DNA from: an uncultured delta proteobacterium
GTDB lineage: Bacteria; Desulfobacterota; Binatia; Binatales; Binataceae
DNA: 64,000 nucleotides
NCBI GenBank assembly: GCA_963724765.1
Contig: CAVRVY010000001.1
Coordinates: forward strand, 1,184,001-1,248,000
Direction of reading: 5' to 3'
Position numbers and translations under genes: made by a program. How positions within the stretch are numbered: position 1 is the stretch's first letter; each line of letters opens with the position of its first letter. Positions 9,814-20,759 of this stretch are shown here, one piece after another. The notes under the pieces were generated by a model. That model was not told the DNA's origin, did not search any database, and was given only the letters and a program-made list of their open reading frames with translations.

Positions 9814-11844
9814 ATGGCGAAGCGTTCCGGCAGTAACAGCGGTGTGTCACGCACTTCCGGCGGCATGTCACGCCAGGTAGAGACCGGGCCGGCCGCAGGG
9901 CCGCCGCTCGCCTCGCAATATCATGTTATCGAGGCGGTCACGCCGATGGTCGATTGCGGCCGATATCCCGTCAAACGCGTGAGCGGTGAACCGTGCGTGG
10001 TCGAGGCCGATATATTCCGCGACGGCGACCACGTGCTGCACGCCATGATCAAATGGCGGCCGAGGGGCGAGGCGCAATTTTCCGAATCGCCGATGGTGCA
10101 CGTGGACAACGATCGCTGGCGCGGAGAATTTCCCCTCGACCGCAACGACGGTTACCTTTTCACGATCCAGGCGTGGACCGATCTCTTCGCCTCGTGGGAA
10201 CGCGGGTTCAGCAAAAAGGCGCAAGCCGGACGCGATGTGGCCTCCGACCTGCTCGAGGGAATCGCCTTGATCGAGGCCGCCGCCCGCCGCGCACAGGACG
10301 CGGACCGCGCGGCGATTGACCTGGCGCTCGGGCGCTTGCGCGCGCTTGGCGACCCGCGCGATGCGCTTGAAATTGTTTCTGATCAGCAGTTACTCGACCT
10401 GATGGCGCGGGTGGGTGAGCGTTCCAGCCCTACCGAGTATCAGCCGTTGCTGAAAGTCGTGGCGGATCGGCCGCTGGCGCGCTGCGGCGCCTGGTACGAG
10501 ATGTTCCCGCGCTCGCAAGGGGAAGTCCCGGGGCGTGCTGCGACGCTGCGAGAGGCGGAGCGGCGGTTGCCTGAGATTCGTGATCTCGGCTTCGACGTCG
10601 TTTACCTCGCACCGATTCACCCGATCGGCCATTCGCATCGCAAGGGACCCAATAACTCGCTGACCCCGCTGCCTGACAGTCCCGGCAGCCCGTGGGCGAT
10701 CGGCGCCGAGGCCGGCGGCCATACCGCGATCGATCCGGCGCTCGGCGATCTCGACGACTTCGATCATTTCGTGTTAGCCGCGCGGCGGTTGGGACTGGAA
10801 GTGGCGCTCGACTTCGCGATCCAGTGTTCGCCCGACCATCCATGGGTGCACAAGCATCCCGAGTGGTTTCGTCATCGGCCCGACGGCTCGATCAAGTACG
10901 CAGAGAATCCGCCCAAGGAATACCAGGACATCTATCCGCTTGATTTCGAGGGGCCGGCGGCCGGGGCGTTGATGGAGGCGCTCAAGGAAGTGGTGCTGTT
11001 CTGGGTTGGCCACGGGGTGCGGATTTTCCGGGTCGACAATCCGCATACCAAGCCGGTGGAATTCTGGCGCTGGCTTATCGCAGAAGTGCAGGAGTGCCAT
11101 CCGGATACGATCTTTTTGGCCGAGGCGTTCACGCGGCCCAAGGTGATGATGGCGCTGGCCAAAGCGGGCTTTACTCAGTCATATACTTACTTCACCTGGC
11201 GCAATACCAAGGCGGAATTGACTGAATATCTGACCGAATTGAGCCAGCCGTCCGTGAGCGACTTTTTCCGGCCGAATTTCTTCACCAACACTCCCGACAT
11301 CCTGAGTCCGCTCCTGCAACGCTACGGACGCCCGGCGTTCAAGATGCGGCTGGTGCTGGCGGCGACCCTGTCGCCGTCCTACGGCATATACAGCGGCTAC
11401 GAATTGTGTGAGAACCAGGCTGTGCCGGGCACCGAGGACTACCTGAACTCCGAGAAGTACGAAATTCGCACGCGCGACTGGCACGCTCCGGGCAACATCA
11501 ACGAGTTCATCGCGCGCCTCAACGCGATCCGGCGCGAGCATCCCTGCTTCAGTCTATTTACCAACCTGCGCTTCCTGGAGACCGACAGCGACCAGATCCT
11601 GTGCTACGCCAAGGCCACGCCCGATGGCAATGTTATCCTGGTGGCGGTGAATCTAGATCCCGCCCAACCGCATTACTGCACCGCCGTGGTGCCGCCGCAA
11701 GTCGTAGGAGTCGCACCGGGCGAGAGCTACGGTGTGACCGACCTGCTGACGGGTTCATCGTGGACCTGGGGCGAGCGCAACTACGTGCGGCTCGATCCGG
11801 CGATCGAGCCGGCCCACGTTCTGCTGGTTACGAAACATACATGA
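9814..11844 (+). CDS. glgE: Alpha-1,4-glucan:maltose-1-phosphate maltosyltransferase
   Basis: DUF3416-type N-terminus (ADIFRDG), WYEMFPRS, GSPWAIG, ENPPKEYQDIYP, FRVDNPHTKP and GFTQSYTYFTWRN. Start after GGGAG. Confidence 0.96.
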   Translation: MAKRSGSNSGVSRTSGGMSRQVETGPAAGPPLASQYHVIEAVTPMVDCGRYPVKRVSGEPCVVEADIFRDGDHVLHAMIKWRPRGEAQFSESPMVHVDNDRWRGEFPLDRNDGYLFTIQAWTDLFASWERGFSKKAQAGRDVASDLLEGIALIEAAARRAQDADRAAIDLALGRLRALGDPRDALEIVSDQQLLDLMARVGERSSPTEYQPLLKVVADRPLARCGAWYEMFPRSQGEVPGRAATLREAERRLPEIRDLGFDVVYLAPIHPIGHSHRKGPNNSLTPLPDSPGSPWAIGAEAGGHTAIDPALGDLDDFDHFVLAARRLGLEVALDFAIQCSPDHPWVHKHPEWFRHRPDGSIKYAENPPKEYQDIYPLDFEGPAAGALMEALKEVVLFWVGHGVRIFRVDNPHTKPVEFWRWLIAEVQECHPDTIFLAEAFTRPKVMMALAKAGFTQSYTYFTWRNTKAELTEYLTELSQPSVSDFFRPNFFTNTPDILSPLLQRYGRPAFKMRLVLAATLSPSYGIYSGYELCENQAVPGTEDYLNSEKYEIRTRDWHAPGNINEFIARLNAIRREHPCFSLFTNLRFLETDSDQILCYAKATPDGNVILVAVNLDPAQPHYCTAVVPPQVVGVAPGESYGVTDLLTGSSWTWGERNYVRLDPAIEPAHVLLVTKHT

Positions 11845-14800
11845 AGAATGGCAACAACAATGGGTTACCCAACGATCCGCTGTGGTACAAGGACGCGATC
11901 TTTTACGAGCTGCGGGTGCGCTCGTTCTATGACAGCAACGGCGACGGAGTAGGGGATTTTCCCGGCCTGACGCGCAAGCTTGACTATTTGCGCGACCTCG
12001 GGATTACCACGATTTGGCTGCTCCCGTTCTATCCCTCGCCGATGCGCGATGATGGGTACGACATCTCCGACTACACCGGAGTGCATCCCGACTGCGGTAC
12101 GCTGCACGATTTCAAAGCTTTCCTGCGCGCGGCGCACGAGCGCGGGCTGCGCGTAGTGACGGAGCTGGTGCTCAACCATACCTCGGACCAACATCCGTGG
12201 TTTCAGCGCGCGCGCCGCTCGCCGCCGGGGAGTCCGTACCGCGACTTTTACGTCTGGAGCGATACGCCCGAGCGCTACAAGGAGGCGCGGGTCATCTTCA
12301 AGGACTTCGAGCTGTCGAATTGGACGTGGGATCCGGTGGCCAAGGCGTATTACTGGCATCGCTTCTACTCGCATCAGCCGGATCTGAACTACGACAATCC
12401 GGCGCTCAAGCGCGCGGCCTTTCGCGCAGTTCACTTCTGGTTCGGGATGGGCGTCGATGGGCTGCGCCTCGACGCGGTGCCTTACCTGTTCGAGCGCGAC
12501 GGCACGACTTGCGAGAATCTGCCCGAGACCCACGCTTTCCTGCGCGACTTGCGCCGTCACGTGGACGCGAATTTTCCCAACCGAATGCTGCTCGCGGAAG
12601 CCAATCAGTGGCCCGAAGACGCGGTTACCTATCTCGAAGGCGGCAAGGAATGTCACATGGCATTCCATTTTCCGATCATGCCGCGGATGTTCATGGCGGT
12701 GCGGATGGAAGATCGGTTTCCGCTAACCGACATCTGGGCGCAGACGCCGCCGATCGACGAGTCCTGCCAATGGGCGATCTTCCTGCGCAATCACGACGAG
12801 CTGACGCTCGAGATGGTGACCGAGGAGGAGCGCGACTTCATGTACCGCGCCTACGCGCGCGAGTCGCGGATGCGGGTCAACCTGGGTATCCGGCGCCGGC
12901 TGGCGCCGCTGCTCGGCAACAATCGCCGCGCGATGGAACTGATGAACGGGCTGCTGCTTTCGCTGCCCGGGACCCCGGTCATTTACTACGGCGACGAAAT
13001 CGGGATGGGCGATAACATCTATCTCGGCGACCGCGATGGCGTGCGCACGCCGATGCAGTGGAGTGGAGATCGCAACGCGGGCTTTTCGGAGACCGATCCG
13101 CAGCGGCTCATCCTGCCGGTGATTATCGATCACGAGTACCACTACCAGACTGTCAACGTGGAGAACCAGGAACACAACCTGCACTCGATGCTGTGGTGGA
13201 TGCGCCGGCTGATCGCGTTGCGCAAGCAGTTCAAAGCCTTCGGCCGCGGTACCGTGGAGTTCCTCAGCCCCGAGAATTCGCACGTGCTGGCTTTTCTGCG
13301 CATCTACCAGGACGAGCGCATCCTGGTGGTCGCCAATCTTTCGCGTTTTGTGCAATACGCCGAATTCGACCTCGCGCGTTTCAAGGGAATGGTGCCGGTG
13401 GAGTTGTTCGGGCGCACTGACTTTCCGGCGATCACTGAAAAGCCCTACCTGCTCACGCTCGGCCCGCATCTGTTCGACTGGTTTTCGATCCAGCCGCCGC
13501 GCCATGCTCCGGCCGTGGTCGAGGTCGCGAGCAACGAGGTCGCGCGCATCGAAAGCTCGGCTGGATGGGACGGCTTCATGCGCGGCGAGGGCTGGGAGAT
13601 GCTGGCCAAGGCGATGCCGGATTTTCTGCCGCGATGCCGATGGTTCCGCAGCAAAGCGCGCTCGATAAAGGCGGTCAAGGTGGCCGACACGATGGCGCTG
13701 ATCGAGGGCCCCGGCGGAGCCCATCTGGTCCTGGCCAACGTCGAATACAGCAACGCCGAACCCGAGACCTACGTAATACCGCTCGCTCTGGAAGCCAACG
13801 GCGCCGCGACGGCCGAGGGCCATCCGGAGTTGACCGTTGCCCATCTGCGGCTCACGGGTGCGCGCAATAACATGGTCGAGGGGCGGCTGTTCGAGGCCTC
13901 GGCCGACCCGCGCTTTGCCTGCGCGATGCTCGAACTGGTCGAGCGCCGCCGCCGCGTACGCGGCCAGCGTGGCGAGCTTATCGGGACGGCCGTGCCGGCG
14001 TGGCGCGGGCTGCGGGGCGATCGCGAAAGCCCGTGCGAGCCGCGCGCGCTCAAGGCCGAGCAGAGCAACTCCTCGATCGTTTATGGTGACCGTCTGATCC
14101 TGAAGCTCTTTCGCATGCTTGATCCGGGCGTCAATCCCGACCTCGAGATCGGCCGCATGCTCGACGCGCACGCGCACTTCGCCCACACGCCGCCGCTTGC
14201 CGGATGGTTGGAGTACCAGGCCGGACGCGACGAACCGCGCACGATTGGCGTGCTGCACGGTTTCATACCCAACCAGGGCGACGCCTGGACGCATACGCAG
14301 GGCGAGCTCAGCCAGTATTTCGAGCGCGCGCTCACCAACAAAGGCCGTACCGTCGAGCTGCCGGCCAAGCCGCTGGTCGACCTGGTGGCAGAAGATCAAC
14401 CGGGGTCGATGGTCACGGAGGCTATCGGAGCGTTTCTGGAAACGGCGGGGCTGCTGGGGCGGCGCACCGCCGAGCTGCATGCTGCTCTGGCCGCGGCCAC
14501 CGACGATCCCAACTTTGCTCCCGAACTCTACTCGACGCTCTATCAGCGCTCGGAGTACCAATCGATGCGCAATCTCGCCGGCCAGGTGTTTCGCATGCTG
14601 CGTGCACGGCTGGCATTTTTGCCGGAGAGCGAACACGCAAAGGCCAGCGACCTGCTCGCGAACCAGGAGATCGTGACCGCGCGCTTCCAGGAATATTTGC
14701 GGCGCAGATTCACTGTCACGCGCATCCGCACTCACGGCGACTTGCATCTCGGTCAGGTGCTGCAAGCGGGCAAGGACTTCGTCATAATCGACTTCGAGGG

Positions 14801-15191
14801 TGAGCCGGCGCGGCCGCTGAGCGAGCGGCGGCGCAAGCGCTCGGCGCTGCGTGACGTCTCGGGGATGCTGCGCTCGTTTCACTACGCCGCGATGGGTTCG
14901 ATGCTCGATCATTTGCGGGCGGGCACGCTGAGTCCGAGCGTGCTCGACGCGCTGGGGCCGTGGGCGCGGCTGTGGCAGATATGGGCCTCGTGGGCGTACT
15001 TAAAGGAATACTTGAAGGCGGCCAATGGAGCGGATTTCATCCCTCGCGATCGCGAAGAACTGAGAATCCTGCTTGACGCCTTTTTGCTCGACAAGGCGAT
15101 TTACGAGCTGAGCTACGAATTGAATAACCGCCCCGACTGGGTGGCGATTCCGCTGCAAGGGGTCAGCCAGGTTCTCAGCGGAGCGGTCTAA
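11841..15191 (+). CDS. treS: Trehalose synthase - maltokinase (TreS-Mak/Pep2) fusion
   Basis: [27 protein letters not shown] and [14 protein letters not shown], plus a C-terminal kinase part ([32 protein letters not shown]). ATGA overlap with the glgE stop. Confidence 0.96.
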   Translation: MKNGNNNGLPNDPLWYKDAIFYELRVRSFYDSNGDGVGDFPGLTRKLDYLRDLGITTIWLLPFYPSPMRDDGYDISDYTGVHPDCGTLHDFKAFLRAAHERGLRVVTELVLNHTSDQHPWFQRARRSPPGSPYRDFYVWSDTPERYKEARVIFKDFELSNWTWDPVAKAYYWHRFYSHQPDLNYDNPALKRAAFRAVHFWFGMGVDGLRLDAVPYLFERDGTTCENLPETHAFLRDLRRHVDANFPNRMLLAEANQWPEDAVTYLEGGKECHMAFHFPIMPRMFMAVRMEDRFPLTDIWAQTPPIDESCQWAIFLRNHDELTLEMVTEEERDFMYRAYARESRMRVNLGIRRRLAPLLGNNRRAMELMNGLLLSLPGTPVIYYGDEIGMGDNIYLGDRDGVRTPMQWSGDRNAGFSETDPQRLILPVIIDHEYHYQTVNVENQEHNLHSMLWWMRRLIALRKQFKAFGRGTVEFLSPENSHVLAFLRIYQDERILVVANLSRFVQYAEFDLARFKGMVPVELFGRTDFPAITEKPYLLTLGPHLFDWFSIQPPRHAPAVVEVASNEVARIESSAGWDGFMRGEGWEMLAKAMPDFLPRCRWFRSKARSIKAVKVADTMALIEGPGGAHLVLANVEYSNAEPETYVIPLALEANGAATAEGHPELTVAHLRLTGARNNMVEGRLFEASADPRFACAMLELVERRRRVRGQRGELIGTAVPAWRGLRGDRESPCEPRALKAEQSNSSIVYGDRLILKLFRMLDPGVNPDLEIGRMLDAHAHFAHTPPLAGWLEYQAGRDEPRTIGVLHGFIPNQGDAWTHTQGELSQYFERALTNKGRTVELPAKPLVDLVAEDQPGSMVTEAIGAFLETAGLLGRRTAELHAALAAATDDPNFAPELYSTLYQRSEYQSMRNLAGQVFRMLRARLAFLPESEHAKASDLLANQEIVTARFQEYLRRRFTVTRIRTHGDLHLGQVLQAGKDFVIIDFEGEPARPLSERRRKRSALRDVSGMLRSFHYAAMGSMLDHLRAGTLSPSVLDALGPWARLWQIWASWAYLKEYLKAANGADFIPRDREELRILLDAFLLDKAIYELSYELNNRPDWVAIPLQGVSQVLSGAV

Positions 15192-15223
15192 GAAGCGAAA
15201 CCGAAACAGGAAGCGCAGCCATA

Positions 15224-17437
15224 ATGGTCTCTGATATAGCGGCCGCGGGCCGTCAGGATGCGGCCGACGGCCTGGAGCGCCTGGTCGCGCTCGAACATCT
15301 CGATCCGCATTCCATCCTTGGCGCCCACGCCGAGGCCGACGGTGTCGTGGTGCGGGCGTTCCGGCCTGATGCCGAACGCGTCGCGTTGCTCATCGACGGC
15401 GAAGAGAGCGGGCGCGAGATGGCGCGCGTTCATCCGGCGGGAATCTTCGAGCTACGGTTGAAAGGCCGGCGCGAGCTGTTCGCTTACCGGCTCGAGATTT
15501 TTTTTCGTGGTGGCTCCTCGGCCACGATTCGCGACCCGTACTGCTTTCTCCCAACGCTCGGTGACCTCGACCTCTATTTGTTGGGCGAGCTCAAGCACGA
15601 GCGTCCTTACGAGGTGCTCGGCGCGCATCCGCGCGAGCTGGGCGGCGTCGCCGGCGTGGCGTTCGCGGTCTGGGCGCCCAATGCACGCGGCCTTAGCGTG
15701 GTTGGCGATTTTAATGGATGGGACGGCCGCATCCACATGATGCGTTCGATGGGCGGGTCGGGAATCTGGGAGCTGTTTATCCCGGGGCTTGCGACAGGCG
15801 CGCGCTACAAGTACGAAATTCGCCCGCACGAGGGCCCGCCTTACCTCAAGACCGATCCGTGGGCGGCTGCGCTGGAGGTGCCGCCGGCGACCGCGTCGAT
15901 CATTTATCGATCGAGCTACCGCTTCGAGGACGAGCAGTGGATGGCGGCGCGGGCGGCGCGCGACGCGCTGCGCACGCCGGTTTCAATCTACGAAGTCCAT
16001 CTCGGCTCGTGGCGGCGCGTCCTGCAGGAGCGCAACCGCTGGCTCACTTACCGCGAGCTGGGCCCCGCACTCGCCGACTACGTGACCGAACTCGGCTTCA
16101 CGCACGTCGAACTGATGCCCGTGATGGAGCATCCGTTCAGCGGCTCGTGGGGCTACCAGGTGAGCGGCTACTTCGCGCCGACCTCGCGTTTCGGCACACC
16201 CGACGACTTCCGTTTTTTTATCGACTATCTCCACCGCCGCGGCATCGGCGTGATTCTCGACTGGGTGCCGGGCCACTTTCCGACCGACGCCTTCGCACTC
16301 GCGCGCTTCGACGGCACCGCGCTCTACGAGCATCTCGACCCGCGCATGGGGTTTCATCCGGAGTGGGGCACTTACGTTTTCAACTTCGGCCGTACCGAGG
16401 TGCGCAACTTCCTGCTCGGCAGCGCGGAGTGCTGGCTGCGCGAGTTCCACGCCGACGGCCTGCGCGTCGACGCGGTCGCCTCGATGCTCTATCTCGACTA
16501 CGCGCGGCGCGAGGGCGAATGGATTCCCAATGCACAGGGCGGGCGTGAGAACCTCGAGGCGGTCGCTTTCCTGCGCATGCTCAACGAGCAGGCCTATACG
16601 CGCAACCCCGGCGTCATGACGCTGGCCGAGGAGTCAACCTCGTGGCCGGCCGTGAGCCGCCCGACCTACGCCGGCGGCCTGGGCTTCGGCTTCAAGTGGG
16701 ACATGGGCTGGATGCACGACACGCTGGAGTATTTCGCCCTGGATCCGGTGCATCGCCGCTGGCACCATCGCGATCTCACCTTCGGCATGCTGTACGCGTG
16801 GAACGAGAATTTCGTCCTGCCGCTCTCGCACGACGAGATTGTCCACGGCAAGAGCTCGATGCTCTCCAAGATGCCCGGCGATCGCTGGCAAAAGTTCGCC
16901 AACCTGCGCGCGCTCTATGGCTACATGTGGGCGCGGCCGGGCAAGAAGCTGCTTTTCATGGGCAGCGAGTTCGGCCAGTGGAAGGAATGGAACTACGACG
17001 AGAGCCTGGATTGGGACGTGCTCCAGGGCAGCGAGCATCGCGGACTCCAGGCGCTGGTGGGCGAGCTCAACCGGTTTTATCGTGCGCAGCCGGCGCTGTG
17101 GGAGGACCACGACCACGCGGGCTTTCAATGGATCGCCGCTGACAACGCCGACGACAACCTGATCGCCTTCATGCGGATTGCCCCGACGAGCGGCGAGCGC
17201 TTGATCTGCGTCGGCAATTTCTCGCCCGTGCCGCGCTTCAAGTACCGCATCGGCGTGCCCCGCCTCGGCTATTATCGCGAGATTCTCAATACCGACGCCG
17301 CGCTCTGGGGCGGCAGCAACACCGGCAACTCGGGCGGCGTCACGGCCGAGCCGGTTCCGTACAACGGCCTGCCGTATTCCATTTCGCTCACGCTGCCGCC
17401 GCTCGGCGTGTTGTGGTTCGATGTGCCGCGCGACTAA
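15224..17437 (+). CDS. glgB: 1,4-alpha-glucan branching enzyme
   Basis: [43 protein letters not shown] and LPLSHDE motifs. Confidence 0.97.
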   Translation: MVSDIAAAGRQDAADGLERLVALEHLDPHSILGAHAEADGVVVRAFRPDAERVALLIDGEESGREMARVHPAGIFELRLKGRRELFAYRLEIFFRGGSSATIRDPYCFLPTLGDLDLYLLGELKHERPYEVLGAHPRELGGVAGVAFAVWAPNARGLSVVGDFNGWDGRIHMMRSMGGSGIWELFIPGLATGARYKYEIRPHEGPPYLKTDPWAAALEVPPATASIIYRSSYRFEDEQWMAARAARDALRTPVSIYEVHLGSWRRVLQERNRWLTYRELGPALADYVTELGFTHVELMPVMEHPFSGSWGYQVSGYFAPTSRFGTPDDFRFFIDYLHRRGIGVILDWVPGHFPTDAFALARFDGTALYEHLDPRMGFHPEWGTYVFNFGRTEVRNFLLGSAECWLREFHADGLRVDAVASMLYLDYARREGEWIPNAQGGRENLEAVAFLRMLNEQAYTRNPGVMTLAEESTSWPAVSRPTYAGGLGFGFKWDMGWMHDTLEYFALDPVHRRWHHRDLTFGMLYAWNENFVLPLSHDEIVHGKSSMLSKMPGDRWQKFANLRALYGYMWARPGKKLLFMGSEFGQWKEWNYDESLDWDVLQGSEHRGLQALVGELNRFYRAQPALWEDHDHAGFQWIAADNADDNLIAFMRIAPTSGERLICVGNFSPVPRFKYRIGVPRLGYYREILNTDAALWGGSNTGNSGGVTAEPVPYNGLPYSISLTLPPLGVLWFDVPRD

Positions 17438-17531
17438 GCCGGCGGCCCAAGATTCCTTGCAAACCGGTCGAGAGCGGCTATGATGCGCGCTGAAAGTGGC
17501 CGACTGGCGCCTGGAGGAGGGAATCCCTGCG

Positions 17532-18080
17532 ATGAAGACCGTTGAAGAAACGCTCGCCGAACTGGTTGATCGCGAAGAGATCCGCGACCTGCCGATGCGC
17601 TACTGCGACTGCGTGTGGCGTGGCGACGTGGCCGGAATCGTCGACCTCTTTTCCGCCGACGGATCGTTCATCGTCAAGACGCCCGATTCAGAAAGCGTCA
17701 ACAAGGGGCGCGAGGCCCTGCTTAAGAAGTATGCCGAGGATCTGCGCAGGCTGACGCCGCGTCCTTACATTCACAACCATGTGGTCGAGCTGGGTTACTA
17801 TGGCCGCGCGACCGGACGATGCTACGTCGAATTGCGCAATGCCAGCCGCAACATGGAATGGTTCGGAACCGGCCACTATCTCGACGAGTACGTGAAAGTG
17901 GGCGATCACTGGAAATTCGCGTCGCGCTACTTTACCGCTGTTCGTTTCGACGCCGCTCCCGCGAAAGCCGCCATCCGTGCGAAGCCCGCGCGCAAGGCGG
18001 CCGCCGGGTCGAAGCCCGCCAAGGCAAAAGCGGTACCGCGCAAGAGGGCCGCCCCCGCGAGGCGCAAAGTCAAACGCTGA
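17532..18080 (+). CDS. SnoaL-like (NTF2 fold) protein with Lys/Ala/Arg-rich C-terminal tail
   Basis: DREEIRDL..RYC..V, HNHVV and G.Y.DEYVK..WKF motifs; GGAGGAGG RBS. Confidence 0.85.
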   Translation: MKTVEETLAELVDREEIRDLPMRYCDCVWRGDVAGIVDLFSADGSFIVKTPDSESVNKGREALLKKYAEDLRRLTPRPYIHNHVVELGYYGRATGRCYVELRNASRNMEWFGTGHYLDEYVKVGDHWKFASRYFTAVRFDAAPAKAAIRAKPARKAAAGSKPAKAKAVPRKRAAPARRKVKR

Positions 18081-18102
18081 CGAGTTCACGGTTGCGCGTC
18101 AG

Positions 18103-18398
18103 CTACGCGTTGCCGACGGTATCGCCGCGCTTGCGCGTCAGCGGCGCGCCGCGCGGTACAAGGCTCGTGCGATCTGAGCTATCCCGGCTGCGGCCGCGAC
18201 TGCGGCCAGGACGGCAATCGCGCTGTAATACGGCTCGGAAATGAAATAGGTGGCGGGGCCGAGCGCCGTTACAAACATCATCTCGTTGAGGTCGCGATGC
18301 GGCGAGTGGCCGCGCAGCCACAGAAAGAGCGTCACGCCCGCGAAGAGCGCGATTTCGCCCCACAGCACCTCCTCCACGGTCCGCCTTGGCGGTTGCAT
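18103..18398 (-). CDS. Small hypothetical membrane protein; the ORF track gives 18138-18398
   Basis: MQPPRRTVEEVLWGEIALFAGVTLFLW... has 2-3 hydrophobic segments and sits directly downstream of the NMO gene. The protein is the 18138-18398 ORF. Confidence 0.5.
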
Positions 18399-18404
18399 CG
18401 GTTA

Positions 18405-19406
18405 TTAGCGCGCGGGCGTGAGGGAGTAAGGCGACCGCGAGTCCGCGCCCAGCAGCGATTGCGCGCCGCGCAGGCTCTCTTCAGTCTCGCGCAAAAGGTC
18501 CGTGAATACCTCGGCGGCGGGCTTGATGCTATCGATCAGGCCGGCGCCCTGGCCGGTCGGCATGAAAGTGCGGTCAGGGTCGGCCATCTGGCCTTCGCGG
18601 CCCGAAAATCCCATCACGCCGTTGCGATACGAGACGCGCACCTGTTCCGGAAACGGCTTGATCTTCCCCGGGTCGCGCTCCCACTCGAGCGCGTAGGCGG
18701 TGCGAATCACGCGGCACGGCTTGCCCGTGTAGCATCGCGTGCGCAGCGTGGAATCGTCGCGCGCGTGGACGATCGCGTCGCGGTAGACCGGGGCCGCCTG
18801 CGCCTCGGGAGTCGCGATGAAGCGCGTACCGATAACCACGGCTTGCGCCCCGAGCGTCAGCGCGGCGGCGACCTGGCTGCCATGCGCGATACCGCCGGCC
18901 GCGAGCACCGGCAAGCGGACCGCGCGGATCATCTGCGGCACCAGCGACATCATTCCGATCTCGCCGGTATGGCCACCGGCCTCCGAGCCCTGCGCGACGA
19001 CCACGTCTGCGCCGGCCTGCGCGGCCTTCTCGCCGTGATGCACCTTGCCGCACATCACGACCACTTTCATGCCGTGCTCGTGCATGGTGCGGATGAACTC
19101 GGCGGGGACGGCGAGGCCGGCGACGAAAATTGTTACTTTCTCCTCGATCAGGACCGGCATGTGCGGCCGCATCAGGTCGGGAATCGGCGCCAGCAGGTCG
19201 ACCGCGAACGGCTTGTCGGTGAGTTCGCGCGTGCGGCGGATTTCCTCGCGCAACTCCGCCGGCGAGCATCCGGCCGCGCCGATAACGCCGAGGCCGCCCG
19301 CGTTGGAGACCGCGGCGGCCAGCCGATGCATCGCCACGCCCCCCATCCCGGCGAGCAGAATCGGATACTCGATACCGAAATAGTCGCAAATCGGAGTGTG
19401 AAGCAC
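18405..19406 (-). CDS. Nitronate monooxygenase / FabK-like flavoprotein
   Basis: PILLAGMGG, AVSNAGGLG, QGSEAGGHTG, LAAGGI and GTRF motifs. Confidence 0.92.
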   Translation of the reverse strand: MLHTPICDYFGIEYPILLAGMGGVAMHRLAAAVSNAGGLGVIGAAGCSPAELREEIRRTRELTDKPFAVDLLAPIPDLMRPHMPVLIEEKVTIFVAGLAVPAEFIRTMHEHGMKVVVMCGKVHHGEKAAQAGADVVVAQGSEAGGHTGEIGMMSLVPQMIRAVRLPVLAAGGIAHGSQVAAALTLGAQAVVIGTRFIATPEAQAAPVYRDAIVHARDDSTLRTRCYTGKPCRVIRTAYALEWERDPGKIKPFPEQVRVSYRNGVMGFSGREGQMADPDRTFMPTGQGAGLIDSIKPAAEVFTDLLRETEESLRGAQSLLGADSRSPYSLTPAR

Positions 19407-19438
19407 CGCGTCTGTCCTCCACTTGCCTCTACTCGCCG

Positions 19439-20521
19439 CTACTTAAACAGCGGGAAAACCATCTCCGCGAAATCCCGATAAACCTTGCGCTCGCGATCCA
19501 TCGGAGGCCATAGCACGGTTTCGCGCATGCCTGCCTTCTCGCTGGCGCGGATTTGCTCCGCGATCTCTTCGGGCCGCCCAATCAGGCAGCCCGCGCGTAT
19601 CGCCTCGGGCGTCACGAAGCGGCGCTCCTCGGGCTGCATGTAGACTAGGTGTCCTTCGTGGATCTGACGAAAGCGCGCGTTCTCGGGCAGGCTGAAATTT
19701 TTGACGCGCTTCAGGTAGTCCTCCCACATATTGGCGAAGTGCGGCGGTATCAGTTCGTCCTTTTCGCCCAGGTCTTTCCAAATTTCGTAGAAGAAATGCA
19801 GCTCGCACATCACCCATGATCCGGTTTCGTCGATCACGCGGTCGTCGGTGAGCTTTTCGCCCGGGCGCAGCACGCATCCGGTGGTGATGAAGGCGGTATG
19901 GAAATCCGCCGGCAGCTCACGTTTGGCGTGCGCCGCTCCCTGCCCGATTTTATCCAGCTTTTGTTTGGTCACATGCGGCTGCCCGCCAACTGTGATCCAT
20001 CCGTCGGCGTACGCGCCAGTTGCTTCCAACGCCTTCGGCCCGTTGGCAGCGGCGTAGATCGGAATCCGCGGCGTGAGGTTGATGAAGTGGCGATCGAGAT
20101 GGAGGAACTTTATTTCGCGCGTTTTTCCCCGATACTCGTAGTCCACGGCTTCGCCGTCGAGCAGGGCCCGGACCACGCGCAGGTACTCGCGAAACTCGCT
20201 CGTGCGCATCGGATCCTGTCCCATCACCCGCATCGCGGTGTGCCCGGTGCCGATCCCGAGAAATACGCGGCCCGGCGCAATCTGATTGATGCTCGCGATG
20301 GAATGTGCGGTCACCGGGGCCAGGCGCGTGCCGGTGATCGCGACGCCGGTGCCGATCTTTATGCGTTTGGTGTTAGCCGCCGCCAGCGCCATCGTCGCGT
20401 AACAGTCCGACCAGATCATCTGCGAATCGCCGACCCACGCGCGATCGAAGCCCAGTTCTTCGACATAGCGAATCACGTCCCAGTTGCCGATATGCGTGCT
20501 TACGCCAATTCCAAATTCCAT
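19439..20521 (-). CDS. LLM-class oxidoreductase (Mer-like subgroup)
   Basis: DSQMIWSD, IGTGV, APGRVFLGIGTG and AANGPKALE motifs. Confidence 0.9.
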   Translation of the reverse strand: MEFGIGVSTHIGNWDVIRYVEELGFDRAWVGDSQMIWSDCYATMALAAANTKRIKIGTGVAITGTRLAPVTAHSIASINQIAPGRVFLGIGTGHTAMRVMGQDPMRTSEFREYLRVVRALLDGEAVDYEYRGKTREIKFLHLDRHFINLTPRIPIYAAANGPKALEATGAYADGWITVGGQPHVTKQKLDKIGQGAAHAKRELPADFHTAFITTGCVLRPGEKLTDDRVIDETGSWVMCELHFFYEIWKDLGEKDELIPPHFANMWEDYLKRVKNFSLPENARFRQIHEGHLVYMQPEERRFVTPEAIRAGCLIGRPEEIAEQIRASEKAGMRETVLWPPMDRERKVYRDFAEMVFPLFK

Positions 20522-20759
20522 CGCGACCTCCGGTTTGTGCGGCTGCTGCTGCCGGAACGAGGATTAACAAAAGTCCGTCCGCGGAGCCATCACCGACTCT
20601 TAAGCATAACCTTTGAGCAAAACCCTTGAGAAAGACGGCGGCCTGAGGCAGTCTCGCATTCTACGGCGCGAGCGGCGTAATGGGCTGGACAGGAACCCGC
20701 GTCGGCGCGAGCCGCGCGAGGACGAGCTGCAGGCGGACCATTTCGATGGAGGAGCAATC

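Noticed and set aside
12723-14912. 729-aa minus-strand ORF
   Set aside because: Antisense shadow of treS-mak in high-GC DNA; no recognisable motifs.
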